From assembly GCA_964057225.1 (NCBI GenBank), contig OZ059898.1, positions 14,384,001 through 14,448,000 on the forward strand: 64,000 bases of DNA, in the 5' to 3' direction. A program made the translations under genes and the position numbers. Below the pieces are notes generated by a model. The model worked only from the letters and a program-made list of their open reading frames with translations. It made no database searches and had not been told where the DNA came from. Origin of the DNA: Auanema rhodensis (taxonomy: Eukaryota > Animalia > Nematoda). Below are positions 26,512 through 39,600 of this stretch, piece by piece. Position 1 is the first letter of the stretch, and every line of letters begins with the position of its first letter.

Positions 26512-29232
26512 ATGCTGGACCGAATTTTTCTATTAACTACTTTTTTGGTTTTATTTACTAGTGTGGTTGAAGCAGATTCATTATATGATGCTTCGGATCC
26601 TATTTTAGAGTTATATACTGATACTTTTAATGATAATGTTTACGGAACAGTAAGGATTAAACTGGTTTTTTACAATATTCAGCTTTTTTTTTCAGAAAAA
26701 AGCCCATTTTGTTGAGTTTTATTCAAGTTGGTGTGGAGCTTGTATAGGGTATGCTCCAACATGGAAGAAATTTGCCAGGTTAGCCAAGGAAAAAAATGAG
26801 ATTCGTTACCAACAACTGTTTTAAGACATCTCTCAACCTGGTCTTCCGTTGTTCAAGTTACTGTTGTCAATTGTGCCGATGACAAGAATATGCCTCTTTG
26901 CCGGGAACACTCTATTGCTGCTTTCCCAACTATTAAGGTAATAATTCTCATTTTTCTTTGTTTGGTAATTCACTGAATTTGTAGTATTTCAAATATCTAT
27001 CAGCTGATAAGAATGACGGTATTCTATACTCGGGTAATAAGCACGAATTAGCCCAAATGGAATTGGATGTTGCTGCTTTGGTTCAAGCTGATTGGGAGCG
27101 TCAGAATCCTTCTGAATGGCCTTCTTTCAACGCAATCGAGAAGTAATGATTTAATTCTCTATTTTCTAAATCATTACTTCATTTACAGTTCTGAAACTTT
27201 GGATCAGTTGTGGTCAAAGGCAGGAGATGCCAGTTTCATTGGTATCACTTTCCAAGAAAATCCAGCCAGTATGGCGTGGGCTGTATGTTATTGCTCTTTC
27301 ATATGCTTGTTTAATCTTTTATTTTTAGAATATCATTAATTTCCATAAAGATAGGAATGCATTGATTCTCTTAGCACGTCCTCAACATCCTTTAGCTGTT
27401 CAGTATTTTAGTAGTAATGCTAATAATAGATTCTTACTCTTTAGTAAGGGTAATGCTAAACCTTCATATGAAAGCCCGTAAGTTTTACTATTTAATCAAT
27501 TTTTTTATTTGATTTTTGTGTAGAGAAGATGCTAAATGGGTAGATATTCAAGAAAAGATTAATGAAATGATTACTGAAGTTGCTGGTGCTTTCCCATCTC
27601 CAGTTGAAGTTCAGGTATTTTGCTTCAGTAACATTGGGATTTTGCTTATTTATTATCTAATTCAGCCTGTTCTTCGTGAATCTCAAGGTGTTTCTCCCGG
27701 TTCAGCTGTTGTTGATCTTAGTCAATACTCTGTACAACTCTTAGATCTTCAAAGTACTCTAAGTTATATGCTTTATAAGGTAAAATATTGCTACGTCGTA
27801 TGGTTTTTTATTTCTATTACTTCAGGAAGTTCCTCGCAGAAATGTTATTGATGGTGATGATTTGGCCGGTTTAAAGCAGTGGACACACACTCTTAAAAAG
27901 GTGATTTCTTTGGTGTTTTCCTATTTTCCTATGAAAATGAAACTTTAGTATGCTCCGGGAACTACTCCAATGCGCCGCATGTTATATCGTCTTGATGAGT
28001 GGCTTCAACTTAAATCTCAAGTGACTGCTGATGAATGGACAGCAAAAATTGACGAACTCCAGGTTTTTTTGTACATTTTTAAAAACTATATTTATTGCTA
28101 TTTTTCAGAATGATCTTGGAAATCCACTTCCTAAAGAAGTTAAATGGGTTGCCTGTGCAGGTTCAAAACCAAATCTCCGTGGTTATACCTGTGGTTTGTG
28201 GACATTAGCTCACTCTATCACAGCGGAAGCTTACAAAACTGAAAAAAGCAGTAAGAAATCAGGAAAACTATAGAGTATGCTTTTCATTCCTTGTTTGCAG
28301 ATCCTTCTTTCCGACCTGTTATTGATGTTTTGGAACCATTCAAGCAATTCATTACAAGATTCCTTAGTTGCTCTGAATGTGCTCATAACTTCGCCAAGGA
28401 GGCTGAAACACATCAACTTCATTTAGTCACTAGAACAGGTAAAGTTACTCATTGATTTGGTTTTCAACCTCTATATTATTCAGAAGACACTGTCATGTGG
28501 TTATGGAAGGTTCATAACTTTGTTAACAAAAGATTGTCCGGCTCACCTAGTGATGATCCTAAACATCTCAAACAACAGTTCCCACCTAAGGTATTGCCAT
28601 CCTCAGAATTCTTCTTTACTCAACTAAAATTGCAGGCTGTATGTCCTGACTGTTATGATAGCTCTGGAAATTTCGATGAGACTAAAATCTTTGAATTCGT
28701 CAACAAATATTATTTAGATATTAAGCAGGATCAGGTTCAAGTTAGTTTTTTTTGTTGTGTTGCTTGTCTATGTCGTGTGTTTGTGTGCAGCCTGAACCCG
28801 AATATAATGTTAATTCATATAAGGATGGCAAGCTGGAATCTGCCGGTAAACGACGACTGAACCCCAAATTCGCTATTCATGCTGAGAAGGTTTGTTATAT
28901 TTTCTAATTATTTTGAATATTATTGATGTCTATAGGTTGACAGACTTGAAGCTGCTGAAGATCGTCTTAGGAAAGAATTAGATGCAAGCCCACAAAGACA
29001 ATGGAGAGATATTGAAGGATATGGTAAGACTAACATCAAATTATCTCTGAGTTCTTACCTTTGTATTTTTTTAGATGGAAAAAACAATACGGCACAATCG
29101 AGTCGAGCTCAATTCTACTTCATTTGGCTTATAGTTATTGGCTTAGCAATGATTTTTGCTTATTGCAAATACCGAAGGAACAGGTCAAAATTTTGGAAAA
29201 CATTCTACTATCATAACGACTTCAAATTGTAA
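26512..29232 (+). CDS. Quiescin sulfhydryl oxidase (QSOX), membrane-anchored form
   Basis: Signal peptide [21 protein letters not shown]; Trx domain [11 protein letters not shown]; [20 protein letters not shown]; Erv domain [35 protein letters not shown] and CPDC; last exon 29075-29232 encodes TM helix [18 protein letters not shown]; AATAAA at 29541. Confidence 0.95.
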
Positions 29233-29695
29233 ATATTTATATTTAAAAACTTAATTAAATTCCTTGTCCTCATAATTTGGGTAGCTCCCCAGTGTTTCTA
29301 TGCGCTTTGTTAACTCATCTATTTTTTCTGCGTAAAAAAACCAGGTGCTTCAATGTCTGTACAATGCTGCTTGACTCAATTTGTTTTCGATTCCAATGCA
29401 AACGGTTTCATTTCGAGTTGCATGATGCATTTTTCTTTTATTTAACTCTTTACGCCCTAGTTGGTTGTGATTCATCTGCTCAATTGTGATATCTGTTAGT
29501 GATGTTGTGATCATGGGAGAAGCTGTGATTTTTCTTTTCCAATAAAGTTTTTTTTCTTTTTATTTTCTTATTTTCTTTTCCTTTTTAAATCTTTTTCGGC
29601 TTCTCCCTATCACTATCACTTTTGCTTTTCCTGCTAAAAACTGCTTTTAAAGCTTTGTTAGATTTAGTAAGCTATGAGACTAACTTTGTTTGCAG

Positions 29696-29751
29696 GTGTC
29701 CATGGTCTTCATCAGCTCAACCGAAGAAATATACAGCCTAATTGGACATAA
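29696..29751 (+). CDS. Putative alternative terminal exon of QSOX (GVHGLHQLNRRNIQPNWT*, no TM helix)
   Basis: Acceptor tttgtttgcag ending at 29695; phase-compatible with the phase-1 donor after 29023; own AATAAA at 29905. Confidence 0.6.
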
Positions 29752-30029
29752 TGTTTGGGTAACAAGAAAAATGGGTTTTCTTTTAGATTATTCACGTTTT
29801 AAGTTTTCTTTATTAATTTTTAAGTTATAATACACTTCACAAGAATCTGGAAATTCTTTCTAAGATCATTTTTACATAATGATTTACTGTTGATTGTTGT
29901 TCAGAATAAATTATATTTCTCTTAATTTCATAAAAATGTTTTTTTTTTGGATTACAAGTTCCTGATATTATTTGAAATGACTTTACAACATAAAATCTTG
30001 AGTATGACTGATATCTTTAATCTTTAGTT

Positions 30030-31175
30030 ATGGCTAAGATTTTCAAGAATTTCTTTCAATTAGCTAGGAACGATTTAGCCAACCAGGTTGCAACTTATTA
30101 ATAATTGTGGGAATAAATTGTTTGATTGTAGTATGCTTTACCTGCAAAATCACTCACGGGATATCTGCTAACTAATCATTTTACAAGGAAAACAGAGTTT
30201 TTAAACAAAGCTGTCATAACAAGTTTGAATATGAATAAAGGTATTGAAATTCTATTTATGAATATGACTATGTATATACACAGATGATAATGTTCTTGAA
30301 TTTGGTTATGGTAGAGGAAACGGGATTAAACATGCTCTAAATGCTATTAAAGATGGGAAAGGCGCTGTAAGGATCTTTCATAAAACACGAAATTCGTTCA
30401 TTCACTGATTTTAGATATATGGAATTGAACGATCAGCTTATATGGAAAGTGTTTGTAGGAAGAAATTTGTTTTAGAAATTGCTGAAAACGAACAGCTTCG
30501 ATTGGATCAGGTAAAGACTATACGGGTTACATCTCTCACATATGTTATCGTTGAAGGCCATTGATCTTCGTCACTTACCTTATCCATCAGATTTTTTTAA
30601 TCATGTTTTCCACGTCGATGTCTTCTATTTCATTGTTCAAGAAAGTCTCCCTCGAATTTGTTCTGAAGTTTATCGAGTGATGAAACCTGGAGGAAACTTT
30701 GTATGCGGCTTAGAGCTCTCGAGGTTTCAGCTTGCAGCTCCAGTACGTAAATCATTTTCATATTTAGACTCAAAAGATTGACAGAATGGGGACTTTTAGA
30801 TGAATCTCAATGGGATCCATTGAGATATATCATGCTTTTGGAACCGGCAGGCTTTGTTGATGTCAAGGCGAGTGGCTCATAAAACCTGAAAAAAACTGAA
30901 AGAAATCTGTTTTAAGATTGACTATCATACAGCTGAAAATGGAAAGAACTATGAAGTGATAACAGCTAGAAAGCCAAATGTTGATGAGGTAAAGCCTGCT
31001 AAGCATCAGAATCAATAGCTTCCTATGAATATTACAGAACTACTTTGACCCTGAAGAACGAATGCGTCAATTAGAACTTCAAATCAAAAAAGATTTGCTC
31101 ATCAACGAGTTGATTCAAAGCGGTAAAAAGCCTACGAAGGAAGACTTGGAGCTGATTAATGAAGAAATAAAGTAA
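30030..31175 (+). CDS. Class I SAM-dependent methyltransferase (Methyltransf_11-like), substrate unknown
   Basis: Spliced protein MAKIFKNFFQLARNDLANQ...DDNVLEFGYGRGNG (motif I)...IYGIERS...LPYPSDFFNHVF...EVYRVMKPGGNFV...PAGFVDVKIDY...; acceptor tctttag 2 nt before the ATG; TAA 31173-31175; model needs one GC-AG intron. Confidence 0.88.
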
Positions 31176-31370
31176 ATAGCTCTATTAATATTAGATTTTG
31201 CTAGTTTTTAAAATGTTATATTAGCTGTTATCCATAGTTTGTTATAGATTTAAAAAAATAAATGTTACGGGTAGCTTGTAAACTCTTTAAACTTTGTGTT
31301 TAACATTAGTTTAGACTATTCATATCAAAGATTTATAAATTTTAGAACTATTGATTGATTTGATTCAAGA

Positions 31371-34154
31371 ATGAAACAGCTATGCTGTGCTACTTCAACA
31401 ATAATTCATAATTTTCGATTAAATTCATTCATAACGACTCCGATTTTCTATGCAAATGCAGGTAAGAAGTGTTTTTCCTCTTCAAAATGCTTCAATTGTG
31501 GTAGTTTAGCTCCTCATGTGGGTCATCTGTATACGTCTGTCTTATCAGATGCGCATCATCGCTGGATGAAACTGAAAGACCCCGAAGGAAAACATATCTT
31601 CGCTACAGGAACGGACGAACATGGAATCAAGGTGTAGCTTTGTTTTCAGTTGCAAGAGAATTGTGGTCTTTTAAAGATTTTTCGAGCTGCAGAAAAGGCG
31701 GGAATGGATGCGAAAAGCTTTTGTGATTCCATATCTGGAAAATTCAAAGTTTTGACTGATGAATTTGATATTCAACCGACACACTTCATTCGCACAACTG
31801 ATACTAATCACAAGGAAGCTGTTCAACATATTTGGGTACAAACTTGAGTTAAAGCTTAGCCAAAAAAAAAACTTTGTTATTTAGAAAATTTTACAAGAAA
31901 GAAATTTAATATACAAAGATGTTTACAAAGGATGGTATAGCGTTGTTGACGAATGCTTTTATCAAGATAAAGATGTTGAAGATTCAGAAATTAACGGCCA
32001 AAAAGTGAAGATGAGTTTCATTTTGGTTTTCATATTTCAATTTCTTTTTTTTACGTTGTAAAAGGTACAAAAACAATTGTTGAACTAATTGAAGAAGAAA
32101 ACTATATGTTCAAGTTATCTGAATTTAAAGAAAAAATACGAAAATGGCTGGAAAATTCAGGTTTCGAAATTTATTTTTTCGTTTCTGAACAATATTTCAT
32201 ATTAGATGTTATTCGTCCCAAACATTATTTACCAATTGTACTTCGATATTTGGACATTGAAGATGATTTATCAATATCTCGTTGCCGAAAGCGGCTTCCT
32301 TGGGGCATACCTGTACCAGGGGATGATACCCAAACGGTAAATATTTCGAACTTTTGGAGCGAAGAGCTGCTAACTATATGAAATATGAAAAAATTTCTAT
32401 TTAGGTTTACGTTTGGCTCGATGCTTTAGTAAATTACCTGACGGTGTCTGGATATCCACATGATAGTTCACATCAATGGCCACCAAGTTGTCAACTTATT
32501 GGCAAAGATATTATCAAGTTTGTCTACATTTTATGAGCTTAATACATTCAAAATTGCTTTGTTCTTTCAGATTTCATGCTTTTTATTGGCCAGCATTTTT
32601 ACTTGGGGCTGGATTAGATTTGCCCAAACGATTGTTCGTTCATGGTCATTGGCTTGTGGATAATATCAAGGTTTGTAAATTGATTTTCACGAAAAGCCTA
32701 GTTATTAAGACAAGTTGTTTCACAGATGTCAAAAAGTTTGGGCAATGTGGTAGATCCAATGGCTTTGAAGACCAAATTCACATCAGAAGGTGTTCGCTAT
32801 TTCCTTTTGAAGCAAGGTGTACCTCAGGATGATTCAAGCATGTTTATCCATTTAAGCGTTGGTTTTCAACAATACTTTCCAGATTTTACGGAAACTAAAG
32901 CGTTGCAAGTGATAAATAGTGATTTAGTAAATAACTTGGGTAACCTATTGAGTCGATCAACCGTTTTACGGCTAAATAGTAAGCAAGTATATCCAAACTT
33001 GGATATGAATTCTATGGAAAAGACAATTGTATCATCAGCAGATAATTTGATTCAGGATTTGCACACTATTCGAGGTTTCTTGTTGCAAATTTCTCTCTTT
33101 GTACGACAAAGCATTTCAGATACAACTTCAACTTTCTTTGATGATTTATTATTTTATAAAGGCATCGAAGGTATTATGGCCGTTTTGAAGCAAGCTAATG
33201 GAGTTTTTCAAATGCATGAGCCTTGGAAGATGAAAGAAGGACCCGCTGTTAGTTTTTTTTATATTTTAATTCGAAACTCTTATGTTAAACAAAAATTTTG
33301 TGAAAACGTTTTGTGTTTTGAATTTTGAAATGAGAAACCGGTTTCCTTCTACATACAAAAGAGTTAACTACTCACGTTGTATTACGGAAAAAATATTGTA
33401 ATTTATCACGTGAAACGTGAAAATTACGTGAAAATTGCCGGTAGTTTCTAGTCTGAAGCAGTATTTAAACTTTATTTTTGAAATTTCTCATTGAGTATAG
33501 CGGTCTGAACACTTTATTGGGCGATTAAAGTTTATTCGGTAGATTTAAAAAGAAAAAAAAGTTTATATGGAGAAAGAAAGAGAGCCCATTTCCGGTATCG
33601 TTTTCTCATATAAAAGAATAAGTTGGATAAAATTTTGTACGTTCGTTCCAAAAATAGATTATGAGTATTATTCATATTGTTAGTTCAAACTACTTAAAGT
33701 TCACATGATTCACCATTCGTCATCATTGCTGTTTCCCAGAAAACAGAACGATTTACGTAGTAAATTTTAAAATAAATCAAGAAATTTAAAAAATTTATAA
33801 ATAGTTATGTATTAGCTTAATTATTATTACAGTTATCTTCTATTTTGTTTTTGTGCTATGAAACAACGAGGATAACATCCCTATTAATGCAACCAATTGT
33901 ACCACAATTTAGTCATCATGCTTTAAATCGGTAAACATTAAGCTTATTCTGTACTGTACTTCTTACTTATTTTGAATATTTGATTTATTACATACGACAA
34001 TCCCTATTACAGACTAGGAATATTGAATGAAAACAGAAATTTAGCATGTGCCATGTGGGGCCATGCTCGTCCCACATCTACATATCAGGACAGCCAGCGT
34101 GAGCCATTCGTTTTAGGAGAAAATACAGGTCCTTTCATGTCTCGCTTAAAATAA
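31371..34154 (+). CDS. mars-2: Mitochondrial-type methionyl-tRNA synthetase
   Basis: [19 protein letters not shown] (HIGH motif), [42 protein letters not shown]...[62 protein letters not shown] (KMSKS). No C-terminal appended domain, as in MARS2. Confidence 0.95.
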
Positions 34155-34546
34155 TTCAAAATATCAATATCTATCTTTTTGTTATTGTTATTGTTGTTTA
34201 CATAGTTGTTTGTAATGTTGTTATATTCGATTAGCCTGAGTATTTCTTCATAGTTATTCGATGCAAGACGTCAAAAGCGGTTTATACCTTAGATGCCAGC
34301 TAGATTTTTGTAGTTTAGATTTCAATATATAATGATAATGACTAGAAAAGATTTTTTCATATTTTCTGCAAAGTTGTGTACAGTTTGTCGAAGTTATAAA
34401 CACATTAAAATGGAAATGATATCATTCTTATAGAATTTATATTCAATTATGCTATTGCTCGCATTTCCTTAAACAGTTTGCGATAAGAAAAACTAGGAAA
34501 AATCGGTGGTTAAAACCTTTTTATGAACTTTCTATTCTTTCGAAAA

Positions 34547-34548
<2 letters not shown>

Positions 34549-34580
<32 letters not shown>
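34549..34580 (+). repeat. (AG)n microsatellite
   Basis: Perfect dinucleotide run. Confidence 0.95.
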
Positions 34581-34582
<2 letters not shown>

Positions 34583-36053
34583 GTGCTAGCAAGCGAGAGG
34601 CCAAACAAACAATTGGTTTACATATTATACAAGTAGGAAGTATTTGGTTTGTGACTCTGCTACCCATTACAATTGCTGTATTTTCATTCATATTACTTCA
34701 TGTTTTTTTTTGTTTGAAAGTCAAAAAAGACCAGCACTTTATGATTTTTCAATGAATTTTCGTGTTGGCAAATGGCCCATTTTTTATTTTAAAAAAAAAG
34801 TAAAAAAAATGAGGAAATTGTCTTAACATGTAGTCAATTGTTTTTTTTTCTTTTAAATTAAAATAATATTCTTCATAAAACTTTATTATATTAATTATTT
34901 TATTTTTATAATTTAAAAGATTTTCATCAACTTACTCTCCTGAAACCATATAACGTTCTTTATAGCTTGAGGTTGTGCACGTGAAAAATCGAATGAAACG
35001 AAGCACATACACATCTTCTTAATTTGCTTTTTATGATTTTTTAAAAGAAAAAATTGTATTTCTTTTCTTTTTAAAATCTTATTTTTCTTCTTTTTCCGTA
35101 GTAAAAAAATGCTTTACGTTTAGTATTACTTGGTATCATTCTTTCCCTCTTTTCCTCTCCCTCTCTCCCTTCCCCCCTTTCCACCTACCTTCCAACTTCT
35201 CCTCTATTTCTCTTTCTCACTGTCGTAATATCACTAAACTCTCATCGGCCTCTTAACCAGTTTAACAACCAGTACGATAAACGAACGTCATCTACTTTTA
35301 CCAAATCACAAAATGCTTTTCAAATCAAATACAAAATAGAAAAATCTTTGTAAAGAATAATAAATATAAAAGAATTCAATGTCATTCTCATAAAACTTTT
35401 TTTTTCAAACCTTTTATGAGCAATCAATCATATTATTTTCTATAACTATTACATGTTTATTCATTATTTTTGAATTTTAAATTTAACAAAAAAAAAGGAA
35501 GAAAAATGAACTATTAAATCTTTTTTTTTATTTTCATGAAAATTTAAAAATATTCCTTTTTTTTGGAATTAAGATTAAATATCTTCTTCTTCCTCTTTTT
35601 CTGTTTCTTCTTGTTTTTGTTGAAATATTTGTTTGAACCCATGTATAGATTGAATTAAATATAATTTTAAAAACTAGATTATGTGTTGTATGTTTCAGTT
35701 TTATTCAATTTCAATGTCTTTCCTTTATGCTATCACATTAGATTTTCATTTTCCCATATCTTTCAGAACATTTTTTTCTTTCTTATTCCCTTGTGCTCAA
35801 TGTGTCCTTTTCATTCTACATGTTGTCAAACTGCCGATATACTCTCCGTTTTTAACGAAAAAAGCAGCCAAATTCACATTGAAAGTGAATCTATTCTCAA
35901 ATCTTCTGACCATGATCATCAGTTCACGTTGTTTCAACATCAACATAGGATGGTGTGTGAGCATGCTGATGAATTCATTTCTATCATGCAGTCTAGCTTC
36001 ATCGGTTGTATTTCATGATTGCTCTTTCTCTTGTACCACCCACCCCCACCCTT

Positions 36054-36102
<49 letters not shown>

Positions 36103-36386
36103 CTTTCTTTCTTTCTTCTTTTTAATAATTTGCCTGTTTCATCTATATATGGCTACTTCCTTCAACCTCATACCACACCCCCTCTCTCTGTTCTATTTCT
36201 TTAATTTTATCTTCAAAGAATGTTTAATCTTTTGCTAAAAAGAATGTTTAAACTAATTTGGACATTAACCTAATCTTTCTTGTAAAAACAGTATCAATAT
36301 TCTCTTCTTAAACGGTCAATAATCAATAAGAAGTATACGAACTAGATTCAAATAGTCATTGATTTCATCCGTCTTACCCCAAAGTC

Positions 36387-36389
<3 letters not shown>

Positions 36390-36428
<39 letters not shown>
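36390..36428 (+). repeat. (TC)n microsatellite
   Basis: Perfect run; similar tracts at ~36055-36097, 40032-40065, 40484-40517 and 53590-53650. Confidence 0.9.
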
Positions 36429-36432
<4 letters not shown>

Positions 36433-36607
36433 ATTATCTTTTATGCTCAACCTAGTAGTGATAAGAGTTATTTATTGAATAAATGATTAAATTCTGTTTA
36501 TTCATCATAATAATCAAATTGATTTGCGTTTCTTTTGATGTTTTTACATCTTCCACAATTTACTTTTTGTCTTTTTTTAACTCAAATTCTCATTTATAAA
36601 TACAAAT

Positions 36608-36643
36608 AACAGATAAACAACAGATAAACAATAGATAAACAAC
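36608..36643 (+). repeat. 11-bp tandem repeat (AAYAGATAAAC x3)
   Basis: aacagataaac aacagataaac aatagataaac. Confidence 0.8.
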
Positions 36644-39600
36644 AATAATAACTTATTTTCCATTATATTTTTCATTTTCAATATCATTTCATAATGCTAT
36701 TAAACAGTCATAAAATTTTGAAAAAACAGTTTTAACATCCTGCGTTTGACGCTTTTGCCTTTTTTTTTTTGGTTTTTTTTAAATTTAGTTTCATCTCATC
36801 TTCTCATATCAATGCTATTCCTATTCAGAATATGCTATTATATGATGAAACTTTCAATTTTTGGCCCTTTCTCCAGCCAATTTGCGTAGTTTACGTCATA
36901 ATTTTCGTGCAGATGGCTGATTTTCTATTTGGAATATATCGTTATCATTGCCAATTGTTTATCCTTTTGTTTCTTCTTGTCCTTCTACATGTCCTTCTTC
37001 TTCTTCTTCTTCTTCTTCATCATCATCATTTTCTTCTTCTTAGTCGTTTATCTATGTTTGAACTAGTTTTGAAACTTCTGTTCATTATCTTTTCCTGAAA
37101 TCACAATTATCTATTATTGATGTTTGATGTCTCAAAATAATATTTTTTTTTACTAAATCTGCTGTCTATTTATATTTATTCACATATTATAATTATAATT
37201 ATAATTATTATATATAATATTTATATTAATGAAGTACTTGAGCAGATCAAGGCAGACTCAAGAGTTGATGAAGGCTATAGGCAAGCATTGGCTTCAGTTG
37301 CTTTCCTCAGAACTTCGTCATGGAAATGAGTTTTCACTAAGTGTCATAGATAATAAATATTTCTCTATATGTACATATCTCTTGATAGTTGGCAACAAGG
37401 AAATAAGAAAAGTTCTCTTACCCTCCTAATCCATATCTCTCTCTCTCTCTCTCTCTCTCTCTTTATTATATTATATATGTATAATTTGAATGGTTTATTT
37501 ATCTTGTCTGACCTTTGTGATATTCTATTTTTCCGACTATTTGCCGTAAATTATTAGTAGAATGATCAAATAATTGTAAAGATGAGAAGGACAATGTTTC
37601 AATAATGTCACTTAGGGCATCAACATCATACTCACCATCATGTAGCATGTGAATTTTCAATTTAAGCCACATTGCTTATCTCTTTTCATTCAAAGTATCT
37701 GGTCAGATGGTTTCTCATCTAATTGGATGAAGGTTAAGATCAATTATCCAAAACGTCAAACATCGCTTGTGGTGTAGCTGAACTTGGTCGCATCGATGAT
37801 TAGTTCAAACGTTTCTACTCATAGACGGACGTCTTCTTTCGTGTCAGCCAGTAATGAATCTCGTATGGCTAACGAGCAAATGAATTAGGCTCTGTTGTCT
37901 TGTCGATTGCTTAAACACATGTATTTCTTAACTTCATCTGGCAAGAAGCAAGCAAGAGAATTAAACTGAATGAGGGAGAATCGAGAGATAGAATGCATCC
38001 ACGAGTATAAGATACAATGAGTCTAGAGATAAACCTATAGATTCGTAAACCAAAAGCTCGAGAGGGAGAGAGGGAGGGAGAGACAGGGAGTAGAACAAGG
38101 CAGAGGGGGTGAAATGTAACTCTCCAGAAGATGAAAGAGTTGCGTGTTGGTTGGGTATAGCCGATCCTTGCCAATTTTATTTTCCTCCTCAACAGACAAA
38201 TATCAGTAACTCGAATTGATTTGTTGTGAAAGGTGAGAGAGAGAAATGGAGCCAACGATAGATAGATAGGGAGAGAGAAAGAGAAAGAGAGAGAGATGAG
38301 AATGAGTAAGAGTAAAGAAAAAGTAGAGAGAATGGGAAAGATAAAGCTTCACACAAAACAGACACAGCGTTGTTCGACTGAAAGCTGGGACCACACGGCA
38401 TCACATCTACTGCTAGTGTTTGCCCGATCCTAAGCTTCACAGCCATCTACCCACCTTCTCTTCTCCCCTTTCTAACCATTCCTTTATCTTCATTATTATT
38501 CTTTTCACTCATTTTACGTTTTTATTTTGAAGCAATATAATCCTTTTATACATTATGATTTACAAATCGTAAAATCATCAAATAGTTCTTAAGTCCTGAT
38601 TGTCTTTTCAATCTTTTCCTTCTTCTCCCTCTCTCTCTCTCTCTCTTTATGCTCCCTCTTACCTCCTATTATTTGATTTATGTTGGTATTGTACGACTTG
38701 TATTCAACTTGTTTCTTAGATGAATCATGCTAAGTTAGATACAACTTTTTTTTATTTTTCCCTTCAAATACCCAATGAATCACAATTCGAATGTCAATGG
38801 CAGAGATAGTTGTCTCCGCTCAGCACATGACCTTCCCTCCCTCTCTTTCTCTCTCTCTCTCTCTGTTTTCCCACCCTTCTAAAAACATTGTTAGATCACA
38901 ATGTTTCATTTCAAAATTAATTGTGTCCCTATAGCTTGTTCTATTCTTTCAGAAAATATTTTTATCAATAAGATAAGTTAGTAAACGATCTTGTGACCTG
39001 TTCTTTTTACTACATTTGGCCACTTAAATTCATTTTCTGCTTATTATTGTCAAAATAAATTATTATTATGATGCAAATTTACTAACAAAGGTATTTCCTG
39101 CTTCATCAAAAACATTTTTTTTTATATTTTCTACATACTTTTGACCGGCAATCAGCGGTCAAAGAATTTTGACGTGACTGGTTTTTTGGGATCATCAGCC
39201 TTGCCCACGCCCTGTTATCTCTATCTTTCTCTCTCTCTCTCTCTTTTTTTTCTCCCTCCAGTCTCTTACAATCTCTCGTTTCGATAGTATCTTTTGTTGT
39301 CTCTTCTCTCTTCTCTTTGTTATTGCGTCTCCTCTTGTTGTCTACCATTCTGCTCGTCACATTTCAACCATTTGTTTCTCTACAACTGTGTTAATCATTT
39401 CTATAGATTTCAACGATGGTTGTTTCTCTCTGTATAGTCAGTGTACCTATTTTCAAATAGAAGTTTAGTCATTTCTTTGATTTCTCAACAGATTTGCATC
39501 ATTCAGATGCATTTTCAAACTGATTTTAGGTTGAATGTATGAGTAAGACCATAACACCTACACCGTCTTCTTCATGTTCTCTACTTCTCAACATTTTCCA

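Larger units (their letters stand above)
26469..34154 (+). other. Probable trans-spliced operon: QSOX - methyltransferase - mars-2 (xpg-1 may be the first gene)
   Basis: Same strand. AATAAA 29905 to acceptor 30027 is ~120 nt; AATAAA ~31257 to acceptor 31345 is ~90 nt; intercistronic DNA is T-rich. The xpg-1 stop to QSOX acceptor gap is ~880 nt, so xpg-1 membership is uncertain. Confidence 0.65.
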
